Shown one piece after another: positions 28,350 to 41,186 of a stretch of DNA of 64,000 nt (position 1 is its first letter; each line of letters opens with the position of its first letter). The translations under genes and the position numbers were made by a program. Below the pieces are notes generated by a model. That model made no database searches and was not told the DNA's origin. It was given only the letters and a program-made list of their open reading frames with translations. Where the stretch lies: positions 717,147-781,146 of the forward strand of contig JALDTO010000155.1 in the NCBI GenBank assembly GCA_023515725.1, read 5' to 3'. This DNA is from Amoeboaphelidium protococcarum X5 (lineage: Eukaryota; Fungi; Aphelidiomycota).

Positions 28350-30215
28350 ATGTACGCGTTAAAACTTGTTGCTGTTGTTGTGATATCCGTGTGTGGATAT
28401 ATACTGGCAAATGATACTCCACTGCTGCCATTGACTCTGCCCACACAGACTAAGCATTTCTAGACGCCATCGCAGGAGAATCACTTCTTGAGCGTGATAA
28501 CGATAAACAACTAGTAATATGCCAACACGTCAACCAATCTGTTTGCAATTTTATTTGATAGTGACCAAGATAAGCTGGACGCGCATCTGAATAAGACATT
28601 CAACAAAATCACGCCCAATAAATCTGGGGTGATTACAGTATAGCAACTGCAGGCTGGCATGGAACAGTTGGAATCGCCCAAGAACGCGTCGATGGATCCT
28701 CTGTTTAAAGCGCTGGTTCAAGACTATAAAGATTAATCTACAAATATCTTTGATGGTAATTAGGATGGAAATATCACGGTGAGTGAGTTTAGGGAGGTGG
28801 TCACCAAAACTTTGACGCATAATTTTACGCTCTATCCCGGCATATGTCACGAAGCCAGATAGAGACTGGATATCTGTAATGTGAATCTGACTACTCCTGT
28901 CGCTGATGGTAATATCAGCAGATTCAACATGTTTGTAAGAGAGGATACCAAGTGCACATCTGGACTGTCTGGAATTGAAAATGATTTTGCCTTCTAAAAG
29001 TGTATCATTGGGTCTCCGTGCTATCGAATTGGCGATTGCTTTGACACTCAATACAAGTAATCTAATGCTGCGATCGATTTGATTGTTGCAGCGAATAATA
29101 ATATTGATAAAGCCATCGCTCCTCTTGTGAATGAGAGATAGACTCCTATTGATCAGGGAAGTAATACCAAGCAATAGGCTATAATGGGCATATCTGGATC
29201 ATTTTAGGTGATTAATGCTGGTTTGTTATCTTGGCTGGCTGTCCAAGTTGTCTAGGCACTGAAGACCAGTCTCGCTCCATTGATTTCTCAAGGAGTAGGT
29301 GCCATAGTTTAAGCTAGTGCTGCTTGGGTAGCTGCTCTATCAGCGTCATAGATTTTTGTTGGTGTAGCTCTGGTCGCTGTATTAGGCTTTTTTATCTTCT
29401 TCGCCGTGTAGAACAATGATACTTTCTGGACCTTGCTGCGAGACGTGTTCATACCGCGCAAGCGAAATGAATTAGAGATGATCAAATGGGATCCAGATGC
29501 TGGAGAGATGGAGTTCAAGTGCGAGTGGTCTGTATATATGCCTACGCGTTGTTCCGGCAAGCAGACCATGGAGAAAGATTACTGGTCCATCTGTCCGCAC
29601 GGCGGTGAGCCATACATTGATAGAGAGTGCGGGAATGGGTAGTGGAAATTTTTCTATTAGCAAGCATGTGGTCCATTTGGAAAGTGTCGACATTTGTGTC
29701 AGAACACCAACTTTGAATGTGGCAATGATGGATACACATACAAGAATAGAACAGAGTTCATTTACACGTATCCATCTAAACGCGTTAATCCATACATGTT
29801 TAATAAATCGTTCAATGACGATCAGCTGTATGCCATTTTGGATCTGAGATATGTGTATCAGATGAGCCAGTGCAGGGAGACGTGTAATAACTTCTCTGCC
29901 GCAATGACAGGCCGAGATGGGTTTTCCGGTTGCGTAGGATTCGTATTGTCTGCACCTGATCAAATGTTGGATCAGAGACCTGCTTTCTAGCGCAGAATGG
30001 TGTGTAGACTATTGGCGCGTGTTACATCAGATTCATCTTCTATAAGTTACATTAATCAGACGTATAATCCTCTACTGATGAGTGATAAAGATGTTCGCCC
30101 AGTGCCTTCAGACACTGATTACCCTCTGATACTGCAGAATGCGAACATGATGTTTGGGTACAACGTTATGCGCAAGAATGACTATCCTCCAATGATAGTT
30201 GCCATGAAGGATTGA
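28350..30215 (+). CDS. Secreted or membrane protein: signal peptide, EF-hand-like pair, hydrophobic hairpin, Cys-rich C-terminal domain
   Basis: 622-codon table-6 ORF starting MYALKLVAVVVISVCGYILA. DGNQDGNITVSE is a canonical EF-hand loop. Hydrophobic stretch at about 29184-29409. Confidence 0.75.
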
Positions 30216-30288
30216 ATAAGTTTTTGAATAGTAATAATGAAGTTATTTTTATGGATCATTTTACATTTCACTATTACATTGACTAAAT

Positions 30289-31050
30289 TCACCATCTTAT
30301 GCGACCTCTGAAAAGTAGTGCTGTTGACAAAGCACCGAAGGCTAATCCACCCAGATGGCCAACATGATCAATGCGTGTGCCACCACCGCCACTACCGCTA
30401 CCCATGAAAAAGAAGTCATATACCGCAAATCCAATAAGAGCCACTCTGGAAGGCACGGGGAAGATCAACACCCAGACTTACGCGTGAGGAAAGAGGAGCG
30501 CGAAATTGGTGAACATGCTCATCAGACCACCACTGGCACCCATTGAACGCACCTCCTGCGGCCAAGTATTATTAGTAGCAGATCCATAGTGGTAGAGAGC
30601 GGATGTGGTTGATGAGGCTAGTCCTCCACCTAGATATAGTAAGAGAAATCTTTTGAGTCCGATTGAGTAAGCTAGCGACGGACCAAAGCTGTAAAGACCC
30701 ACCATATTCAAGGCCAAATGCAGCACATCCTTGTGTGAGAACATTGACGTCAGCAGAGTATGATAACGATGCTCTCTCAACACCCCGCTCCCTGACACGG
30801 TGAAATTATCCAGCATCTACTTATATCCCTTGTAATCACCATTCCGTTTAGCATTATACTCTCGCCGCTACCACTCGAGAAAGACCAGCAGATTGACGCC
30901 GATCAAACTGTAGATCACCGGCTCTGGATTACCGTCATTCAGCCACTACCATCCTCCCCCTCGTCTCGATCTCTAAAATCTGGAACTCTCTTATATCCAA
31001 TTCGATCTAAAGAGTCTCCTAGCTACTATACTATTTATCATCTACATCAT
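30289..31050 (-). CDS. PCP1: Mitochondrial rhomboid protease (Pcp1/PARL-like)
   Basis: Arg-rich presequence, LLTSMFSHKDVLHLALNM, catalytic GASG and DHVGHLGG. Confidence 0.85.
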
Positions 31051-31293
31051 GTAGTATTCAACTTTCGTTCAAATTCGATAAGCCGGAATCAAGATAGGCC
31101 TTAATTAAAAAAATTGAAATACTAAACATATCGCAAAGTTTAACAACGAAATCATCAAGCCCTGTAATGAAGACAATTGCTTGGACAGCTATATAATTTT
31201 TTGTTCAGAAAGTACGCTAGTTAGAGCACCGAATAATGCCATTTTCATACAGAACTTTTTTAGTTATCATCAATAGACAAATGGTTCTGTATT

Positions 31294-31839
31294 TCATAAA
31301 GTCAATTGAAAAGTTTCCTTCTTATAATTCATCGATAGAGAGAGCATATTGTCCGACAAGAAATCCATTCCAAGCACATTAACATCCGAAAAATGTTTGT
31401 CATGAGGAGATAAATGGCAAGCGATAACAGTATCCGAATGAATCATGACATCCATCATCGAGCCAATATTGCATCCAGGCTTTCCAACCAGTGCCTCCAT
31501 AGCTTTCTCACACAAAAAAGTGTTTGGAGAGGCAGTGTTGATGAGGAAGATGATGTCGACGGGCTTTGAGTTATTATCTCCTTCCTTGCAACAAGAGAGA
31601 GAGACCATAAGTCGCTTGTTATTTCCATGAAGTTTTCCAGATTTTGGGAAGGAGCAAGGAAATTCAGCTGATGGTCCCAAATAGTCCACTCCAAGTCGCA
31701 TTGCAATTTTCAACAACTCTTCAGCAGTAATGTCGGTGAGGGGCATGTCTTGTAAAGAAGGCTTGATGTACCCAGGTGGATCATGTATGGAGTAAGTCCT
31801 GCTTTCACTTCTTGTGGGCAAGGATGTTGATTTTTCCAT
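31294..31839 (-). CDS. Retropepsin-fold (aspartic protease-like) protein with substituted catalytic motif
   Basis: IIFLINTASPNTFL occupies the position of the F-L-I-D-T-G-S motif and VNVLGMDFL is the retropepsin psi-loop signature. Confidence 0.6.
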   Translation of the reverse strand: MEKSTSLPTRSESRTYSIHDPPGYIKPSLQDMPLTDITAEELLKIAMRLGVDYLGPSAEFPCSFPKSGKLHGNNKRLMVSLSCCKEGDNNSKPVDIIFLINTASPNTFLCEKAMEALVGKPGCNIGSMMDVMIHSDTVIACHLSPHDKHFSDVNVLGMDFLSDNMLSLSMNYKKETFQLTL

Positions 31840-31974
31840 TTTTAATACCGTTGAACGGGAATGAAAAATGTTCTACTGATCAAAACTGAAAAATTCTAAA
31901 CCTCGCAAGATTTACAGCGTAATTGCCAATTATATCAGACGTTTATTTAGTCACCCAGCTTCGAAAAATTTAAG

Positions 31975-33312
31975 ATGGTAAATAACGCGTAGAATCAGGG
32001 AGAAGATGATATGGATTTCTTGGGTCATATGATTGCAACTAAAGGTACAGATTGGTAGCCGCTGAGTGAAGATAACTGGGCACAGGAGATGGACCAGATC
32101 CCGCTATTTATGAGCAATAAACCATCTTCTGCTGATATGAAAGACAATCCACAGCTATAAGCATTCCAGCAGTTGATGAGCGATGACTTGATAGAAGGAG
32201 AGACGGTGCAAGAGGTGGTGGAGCGGTGGAAGGTGAGTGGTAATGAGATATTCGTCGAGGCCAAGAAGGAGTATAAGTTGAAGAACATTGACGCGTCAAA
32301 ATATCGCCAATACTTGACTGTGGCACTGGAAAAGTATGGTAAAGGTATTGCATTGCTAGAGCGAGATGATAACAGAAAGTAGGTGGATACTCTATTGATG
32401 ATGCAGATTTACAGTAATAGAGCGGCTGTGCATTTAGAGCTTCAAAATTATAAGAGTTGTATTCTTGATTCCGGTGTGGTTATCAAGATCGGATAGAGTG
32501 CAGCCACATCGTCATAAGAGTGTGATAAGCAGCAACTCGATAATAGTCTACTTAAAGCGTGTTATAGATATTCCAAAGCTACGTTGGCTCTGCAGAAGTT
32601 TGAAGAGTCTAAGCAATGTATCCAGTTTGCATTAAGTCGCGTTAATGAGAGCCAGCGATCAGAATTTAATACTTTGATGCAAGATGTAGATAAGCAATAT
32701 AAGCGCTATACTCTCGAGCAGTAGAGTAAGTTGCAAAAGTCTGAGGCTGTTTATTAAAAGCAAAACGAAATTGTTGAAGCTTTTAGAGGTAAGAAGATTA
32801 ATCTGTAGAATGCACAATGGTTGAAATATCCACCCACTACAGAAATTGGTCCTTAGACGTTATCTACAGCGCTATTTACTTTACCTGCTGGCTTTGATTA
32901 TAAACCAGATGTGTGCGGCGAAGGCGATTTAAATCAATGCTCCCTTATGCTACCTGTTATTATTGTATATCCTCTGCCATAGCGATTTGACGTGTTACAA
33001 AGTGTCGATGAGTAGACGCGTTGGGTAGATCTCCTGGACGAGGTTCTTGCTGATAGAGATGATTTTGATTTCGAAGGTAGTAGTGCATATAAACCTCAAT
33101 TCGTATCCTTATATGTCCCGCTTGATACCAAATATGACCGTGTAATGTGGTCTGAAGTATCCACCGGAGAATCGGTGCTGAATGCATGTTAGAGGAAACG
33201 CTTTACTTATCCTGAAGATGGTGTACTCAGAATTTGGTTATTACCAGCGCTTGATAGCTAATACGGCCACTAGACTAAAGAATGGCTTAAATCCTACCAA
33301 GCACCTAATTGA
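31975..33312 (+). CDS. CNS1: Hsp70/Hsp90 co-chaperone Cns1/TTC4 (TPR)
   Basis: EMDQIPLFM, NPQLQAFQQLM, TPR IYSNRAAVHLELQNYKSCILD and C-terminal PVIIVYPLPQRFDVLQ. Confidence 0.8.
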
Positions 33313-33445
33313 ACTTTGAACATTTGCAATTTATCGCCGCAATATATTAGATTCTTATAGTTATCCAAATTGTATTTCAAGTAGCTCGTTTGATCGCCAA
33401 AACTTTTTTTCGTTCCGAGAGGCAAAGCTAAAATACACCACAACA

Positions 33446-34669
33446 ATGATGATGATCAATAGCGGCCGATTAATTAAGTCTACCGCTGGTGGAGTTAAGA
33501 ATCTGTAGAAGCGACTATTAGCAAGTCAGTCCCAAGTATAGGTATCACATAGTTTAATCGTATCCATGCGCGACTTTATAACATCTGCTGTTATCGACAT
33601 AGTGTAGGTGACTGTGCGCGAAGCTTTAAACTAAGCCATGGAAGAGGAGATGACGAGAGATCCTACCGTGTTCCTACTAGGCGAAGAAGTCGCTCAATAC
33701 AATGGAGCTTATAAGATCTCAAAGGGTCTCCTGGACAAATTCGGTGCTAAGCGTGTTATCGACACTCCGATCACAGAGAGTGGGTTCGCCGGTATGGCTG
33801 TAGGTGCTGCCATGCACGGCCTCAAGCCAATCTGTGAATTTATGACTTGGAACTTTTCCATGCAGGTACGCCCTATAGCAATTCTGTGCTCCTACTTTCA
33901 ACTTTTATTTAATGTCACGTTAACATATCTGTAGGCGATTGATCAAATAGTGAACAGTGCGGCCAAGTAGAGGTACATGAGCGGTGCTGTGGCCACTGTG
34001 CCGATCGTGTTCCGTGGACCGAACGGAGCTGCCAGTGGAGTTGCTGCTCAGCATTCTTAGTGTTTTGCTGCATGGTATGGCTCAGTTCCCGGTATGAAAG
34101 TGGTGTCCCCATGGTCCGCCTATGATGCCAAGGGATTATTGAAGGCTTGCATCCGCGATCCTAATCCTTGTATCTTTTTGGAGAATGAACTGCTGTACGG
34201 TGTCAGTTTCCCTATGCCAGATGAGGCTTTGAAGGATGATTTTGTGCTGGAGATTGGTAAAGCTAATGTTGAAGTCCAGGGAAGCGATATCACCCTGGTG
34301 GCACACTCTCGTCCAGTCGGTCATTGTATTGAGGCTGCCAAATTGTTGAAGGAGAAGCACAGCATATCTGCGGAGGTGATCAACTTGCGTTCCATCCGTC
34401 CACTGGATATGGACACCATCCTGAAGTCGATCAAGAAGACGAACCGTCTCGTCACTGTCGAAGGTGGATGGCCAATGTTTGGTGTGGGGAGTGAGATCTC
34501 ATCCCAGATCAGTGAAGGTGAGGGATTCGATTACCTGGATGGTCCAATCTTGCGTGTCACCGGTGCTGATATCCCGATGCCGTATGCCAAGAACCTGGAA
34601 GATGCCAGTCTGCCAACCATTGAGAACATCGTACGCGTCGCCAAACGTTCAGTCACTGGTAAGAACTGA
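33446..34669 (+). CDS. PDB1: Pyruvate dehydrogenase E1 beta; introns 33542-33607 and 33866-33934
   Basis: VTVREALN(TAA=Q)[34 protein letters not shown]|[11 protein letters not shown] and [14 protein letters not shown](TAG=Q)CF. Confidence 0.97.
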
Positions 34670-34890
34670 AGGTGATTGTCGGTTGACCTTGTTAGAGGGT
34701 GATATATAAAGCAAAATGAGAGGCTATACTTTTTGACTTTATCATTTGCTTTCCCATTCGCTTCTTGGTTTTATTTTTACTACATTAATTAATTTTGACA
34801 AGCGACTTCAATTATGGTAAGCATTTTCTACTAGGCTGATCTATCTAATCTATAATCGTACTGTATGAAGGGAGAGAGAGATTGCCGTAC

Positions 34891-34908
34891 GCGCCAAACC
34901 ACGCGAAA
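34891..34908. promoter_or_regulatory. Adjacent E2F-like (GCGCCAAA) and SCB/MCB-like (ACGCGAAA) motifs upstream of MRC1
   Basis: Sequence gcgccaaaccacgcgaaa about 155-170 nt upstream of the MRC1 ATG. Confidence 0.4.
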
Positions 34909-35061
34909 CTCAGCGAGAGATTTTCTGTTTCAGAAATTTTTGCTTTTCACTGCTCAGAGAACTAACTCACTACGTCCACTCTATACAAAATTGCTTATAG
35001 TCGTCATTACTAGTGCGTATAGGATCAGTAAGTAAGTAAGGACAGCTATAGTATATATAGT

Positions 35062-38000
35062 ATGGCTTCCAAGTTTAGAATTGAAAATAGTACCGATGAT
35101 GATGATGCTGATGCTGGAGTTGATGATTATAAAGTTTAAAGTATTGCCAACAAGTATTTGAGTATGGCTGAGGTGAATAAATAGTCCGTCATTGGTCTTA
35201 ATACTACTGTTGCAAGAATCTCAGTGTCTGGTAGTGAAGATAATGATATTGATGGTGGAAGTGATCACGATTATGATGATGGTGACTTAAGTGACTCTCT
35301 GGAATCTCAGTCGTCCTAAGAACTGGCCGATAAAGAGAATGCTCAAGATCATACTAACCACCCGTAATAGTAATAATAAAAAGTTGCGACAGAGTCCTCT
35401 TAGTCAATAGATGCTGCCAAGAGGGATAGAAAGATGTAAAAGTTATTAAAGAAATTGCCCAAGTTCTTTCTCTCTGCTGATACAGTTGACTCTGACAGTG
35501 ATCTTGACAATGCACCAGTTCCTGATCCTAGAGATAATCTGCATTTGAGGATGGAAGATAGTGATGAGAGTTCCTCATCAGATTCAGAGGCTGATGGGGA
35601 TAAAGAAGCCAGTAATGGTAAAGCTGTGAAGGAAAGGGGCAAGTCTTCATTGCGCAAAAAGTCTAAAAAGTCTAATAATGATGATAGTGATAGTCGTAAA
35701 GGAAGTAGAAAGTAGTAGAAGAAATTGAGCAAGAAGAAGCTTGAAGAGTTAAGATTATAAACTGCTCGATTGAATAGAGCCGCCTTGCTCACTCTTGAGC
35801 CCGCCAATGAGCGTATCACTCTTCAAGACATGATAAAGATTGTCCGTGGTGGAGGATAATGTGAAGACACGATGCAGGATAAAGCAACTTCGTTTGACAA
35901 TGTGAAGCAGGAAGGTTTTGCTGATGTAGAAGATGAAGAGGTTGAATATAGCATATAAGTACCTTAAAGTAATACTGAAGAGTCTAAGTAAGCTTAACGT
36001 AATTAAGATTAGAGTGTGAAGAAGTGGAAGTTTGATGTTAAATCTCTGATATCCAAGTTCTCTGCATCCACAAGTGTTGAGGTGGTGGCTGATTTTAAAA
36101 AGATTAAATCCAAGTCACTTCTTGATGGTATTATATTGAGTAGTAAAAGGCGTCATGGCTAAGACAGTGAAACTGCAGCATGTCACAGTAATCAAAAATC
36201 TTTATCATTTAAAGAGAAGATGGAAGAGGCGCGATTGAAGGTATCTTTGCAGAACAAAGCTAGCTCTGAAGTTAAAAATGTTAATTAATAAAGTTCTACT
36301 GCTGTAGTGCAAGTTGATGGTGATATGAATGAATAAGCTCATTCAAGTTCAATGTTGGATTAGGTTGAAGAAGAACAGTAGGATGATGAAGACGGTGGAG
36401 ATTATGATAACTCAGACAAATCTGAGGACTCAAGTTTTGATTATGACATTTAGTCCTCTTAATAGACTAACAATGATCCATCTCCTACTCTGGACATTTT
36501 GTCTGATGAATATGTCAGTGATGAGGATAATATTGTTGCTGAACGTAATGAGAACCCAGTTTCTCCTGCCAATACGTCTACTAATGATGATAATGCTGTG
36601 GAGGAAGTTAGTATTGAGAATTAATCATACAATCAAGAGTTTAATTTGTTAACTCAAGGCGAAGACTTGTAAACTCAGGCTCCCGTGAATAAGAATAATA
36701 ATGGTGGTATCAAAGGAATGTTGGCTCGTATGAATGTAAAAGTGAAGTCTATTGCTTAAGGTGTTGGCGATAATGGCAATGCTACATTGGTTGATGCGTA
36801 AACTGAGTCCTATGACAGTGAGGTTGATCAATTGCTACGTGATCCGGATGCTGCACCTTAGAGAAAAAAGAAGAGGAAAATTGTTGATACTGATGATGAT
36901 GATAATGATGACGAGCAGGATGAGCAAGATACTTCCAGTGAAGATGAGAATTCACAAGATAATGGTAGTCATCTTGACAAAAAGAAATTCAACACTGAAG
37001 CTAAACTTAAAGAGAGAACAGAATTCATTGATGAAGAAGCTGATTTAGAGGATGATGAGTTTATGAATATGGGCGGTGTCGATGGAGATCTGTTGGACAG
37101 AGAAAAGGCACTAGCAGAAGAACTTGCTGGATTCGTTACAAATGATGCTGATCTGTTGTAAGAATACGCTGATGATGAGCTTATTGATCAAGATGACAGG
37201 GTGCGAGAGCTTCATGGTTTGCTAGAGAGGAGACAGGACTTGGCCCAGGTGAAGAATGCCGTGAAGATAACTGCTGGACAGTTGAGAGGCAAGACCAAGA
37301 CTGCGGCCGCTAATCAGCAAAATGAAGAAGTGAACAAGTTTGGCCGGTTGGAGGATGATGAAGATGAATGTGATCTTGGCTTGAATGAATTGGATCAAGT
37401 TGAAGATTATGGCCAGTTTGGCTCTGTGATTGAGAAGATTATGGCTCGGAATGTGGAATAGAAGAAGAAAAGGATGTTGAATAAGAGGCGTAGGCTGTAG
37501 GATGAGACTGCAGGTGGATAATAATTGCTTGGTAGTAATGCGAACGATGTCATTAATGGTGGAAGTACTAATAACGTTGAGGATGATGAAGATTGGACGA
37601 ATGAACATGGCGCAGATTCTGGATTCGTTAATCTTGGAATAGCAGGTGGTGAATTGATAATCACTGACTTGGATCATCTGGAAGAGTTTGCAAAAAAGCG
37701 ATCCATTTTGGAATAGTTGGATGCCAATGATACTGGCTTTAAATCTTCTGATGTTCTGAGTAGGATTATACTTGATGGTAGTAACAGCTAGGATAGTCTT
37801 GGAGGTGATTAGAAAGTCAGCTCCGCCATATTCAAAAGTTAATCTACTTCTGTCAAATCTAGTGTTACTCATTATAAAAGGCTCTATCGAGCGGATGACA
37901 ATGAGAACTCAATGGGTCTTGCTAATTCTGGCGTGTCAACTAAACAGGATGTCAGTCTTAACCGCTTAAAGTCTGTAGTGTAGCTTACTGAAGATGAACT

Positions 38001-38244
38001 ACATTATATTAGAAGCGGTAAATCTACCAGCAATAGTAATGTCGGCGGAAACAACAAGTCCAGAATGACATCATCTGAGTATAGTAGACACCCTTCTAGA
38101 CACGGTCCGCCACGCAAGACTGTAGGCTTCAAAGTGGGCCTGCAGCCTAGTGAGAAGTTAAGTTCATCCGACTCTCATGATCACAAAGGCAAATCTAGTA
38201 CATTGAGATCTGCTCTGAAAGCTGCTGGCATGTTTGAAAAGTGA
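35062..38244 (+). CDS. MRC1: Replication checkpoint mediator Mrc1/Claspin-like
   Basis: 1061-codon acidic table-6 ORF. LSKKKLEELRLQTARLNR matches the Mrc1 basic patch and EFIDEEADLEDDEFMNMGGVDGD matches the MRC1-like domain start. Many SQ/TQ sites. Confidence 0.75.
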
Positions 38245-38334
38245 CGCTGTTTAAATACACAAAATTTGTACTATGAATGAATAAATGTATTCACCCAGCT
38301 TCAACGATATATCGATTACTTTGGGAATCACTAA

Positions 38335-40326
38335 TCATTACAGCTCTCCCATGAGAAATCTTTCAATTTCATCCATTTTTAGATACTCCTCTTATAGGTT
38401 GTCATTGTCCTCATTGCGTCCAGACGATTAGTCAATATGAGAATTAAACTCTTCAGAGCCATCTTGAGAAGATTTATCAACTTGTAATTCTCCATCCTAT
38501 TCACCTGGACTGCTCAACGACTTGACACGGAGTTCCCAGCTCATGTCATCCAACTTAGGAGTACCAAAGAATCGGTATCTTCCCCGATTATCAAACTCTT
38601 CATCGCCCGTCACAGATCCAGACGATTAATCCAGATCTTCTACTGTCTCAGCAAAATCTTCAACACTGTCCTAGACATATTACAATTGTCTATTAGCTGC
38701 ATTAGAATCAAAGAATATCTGGCATGTATCATCCTCCTGCATGCATAAAGCCGCTTGTTACTAATAATACTCTTTATCCACCTTGTTTCTATTCCCACTA
38801 CTGTCAACAATTAATTGCTTTGGATATACTGCACCAAACATATCATGATGATTCTTTTTCAAATCTTTCAACTTCACTTTCTTAAGCATATACTATGGAT
38901 AATCAACATCATCATCGTCGTCTTGTTATGGATTGCCAGCTGTATTCCGCAATGAATTAGAGTCTTTCAATATATTTAAAGCTTGCAGATTCAGGGTAAG
39001 ATCATCCGACTCTCTCTTGATCAACTCAATTTACTCTTATTTACTCAATAACGGTTTAGGAACATCTTCTTACTCGGAAATATCAGGCAATTGCTACTTG
39101 AACAATTGTTACGGTTCAGAAACGATCTCCTTCAAAGCTTCTTAATCTTCATCTTGCGACTACCTTTTCACTTAAATTAGAGGTGTCGGCGGACTAGGAA
39201 CTTTAATCTATGACAGAGATGATATTCTAGCAATATCAAACTAACTAAGTTTCGCTTTAGGAGTTGGCTAATCATAAACATTGACAGATTGCGGAAAAGC
39301 ACAAGCATCAGGAACCTACTACACTGATTTAGACTCATTCTAGACTACAGAGGCGTTAATACCAACTTTCTAAGCAGTTCTTGATTGAATTCTTTAAGAT
39401 AAACGCTCTATAACACTTTACGCTTCATCCTCTTGCATCTAACCAGGAGATAACAAAGGATCATCCGAATTGAAGTAATCTTGCTCCAAGTCACCATTCC
39501 AAATTTAATCTTCATCATCACAGCCAATTTCATTTCTATCGTCAATCAATCCTTTATCGTGCTCGAATTGAGGATCCATACTAGGCAACAATTTCTGCCA
39601 TTTATCCTTATTCTTCAACTGTTTACTGGGTGTTCGACTCAATTCCACAATAGTTCTAGACATTGCTTACTCAACGCTAACCACTGAACTAGCATTATCA
39701 TCTCCGGACACATTAGAGTTACCATCCTACTAGGCGCGCTTCTTTCTAAAGTGCAAAGATATCCTCCTCTCCAATTTAGAAAATGGCTTATCGTTAATCG
39801 CAGAATGTTGCGACGAAGAGCCAGATTCAGATTGTTAATCATTGGTATCATTTCCCTGAATTCGGGGCAGAACCTTCGCACCGTTAGCAGGCTCCTACCG
39901 AGTATTGCCATTCAATTACTTGGCATTTGTATCAGATTTCTTGTGTTGATCATTATGGGATAGTGGAACAGGACGGCGTGGTTTCACAGCCAGAGTCTCT
40001 CGTCGATGCAATGGAACTCCATTATCAGTTGAGCCAGTCAACCTGCTGCCAACACTGATAGCATCTGTACGTTAATGTCGTACTTGAGGAACTTTCTTCT
40101 TTTCTATGCCGTGATTACTCAGAATGCTTTACAGAGATTTGTGCTCGGGCTTGAATTCCAGACCGGCATCTTGTGGTGGCAGTGCCTTGCGGTCATGACG
40201 CACCTTGTCTGTGGCAAAGGAGAAAGCTTTCGGGACTGTGACATTATTCAACTTTTACTTTTACATTAAAGTTGGCAGCTTGGATCTATTCTCTTTATTC
40301 TCATTTTATTACTGAGCTTAGTTCAT
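38335..40326 (-). CDS. Largely disordered hypothetical protein with TPX2-like and tastin-like short motifs
   Basis: About 664-codon table-6 frame (both ends translated, middle not checked codon by codon). VTVPKAFSFATD and EFKPEHKSLQSILSNHGI near the N-terminus; acidic C-terminus. Confidence 0.6.
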
Positions 40327-40562
40327 ATTGAATAATGACTGCAGATGATATTGCTTTAAATTGGGTAATCGACCTAAAGAAGAATGGGAACGCGACTTGA
40401 AACAAAATTCGAACGATTTCAAAAACTTAATTGAGAGCGACTCTCTAATTATTAAGCTATAGTCTTTGACTGTCTACAGATATACGAAAATTATATATAA
40501 CGGTAGACTACTGTAGTAAATTTTATTAAGAGAAGTTTATATTTCAATTATCACGTAAAATT

Positions 40563-41186
40563 TCATTGCTCAGCAGTCAACTCTTCCTTGTTGATCATGC
40601 GCAAAGAGTTCATCTTGGCCGGTTCTCCAGTGACCACTCCTTTCGCAAACTCGTACAGCACTTTGGCAGTCAACTGATCTTGTCTAGAATAGCAAATGCT
40701 ATCAGCGACAACTTCCAGAACTGCGTAACGAGGATCATTCACACTGGCATCGTGAACGCCATCCTTTAGATCAGTCAGCCATGTTTTCATATCAGCAGCC
40801 CACAGTTCTTGTTTCAGCGCGGAATCATCAACGACGCTGACGTGTCCTGAAACGCTGAACCATTCACCGCCAGCTTGTCCGCTTCCAGTCACTAATCCCA
40901 TTGAGGCAGGTTTGTAGAATCCCAAGTTGACATGGTTATCAAAGCCAATCTCTTCCATCTTGTGGCTCTAATTGTCAGTCACAAACCAGAATTTCGTTGC
41001 ATTCTCATCATGCTTTCTAATAGCCATGACACGAGAGACCAGTTGACCATCAGAACGACGAGTGGTCATAAGGCAAGTCTTAACTTCATCAATCAGTTAA
41101 ACAAAGTCTTTCAACTTTTACTCAGTTGGCAGCTGATTGTCGTAAGACTTTTCTGTAGTAGTTTATTGGTTTTCGCTTTCAGTCAT
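40563..41186 (-). CDS. BLI-3 / general stress protein 26-like (pyridoxamine 5'-phosphate oxidase fold)
   Basis: TCLMTTRRSDGQLVSRVMA, FWFVTDNQSHKMEEIGFDNHVNLGF, WFSVSG and DLKDGVHDASVNDPR. Confidence 0.85.

Noticed and set aside
28551-29963. Minus-strand ORFs of 207, 86 and 163 aa
   Set aside because: They are shadows of the 622-codon plus-strand gene.
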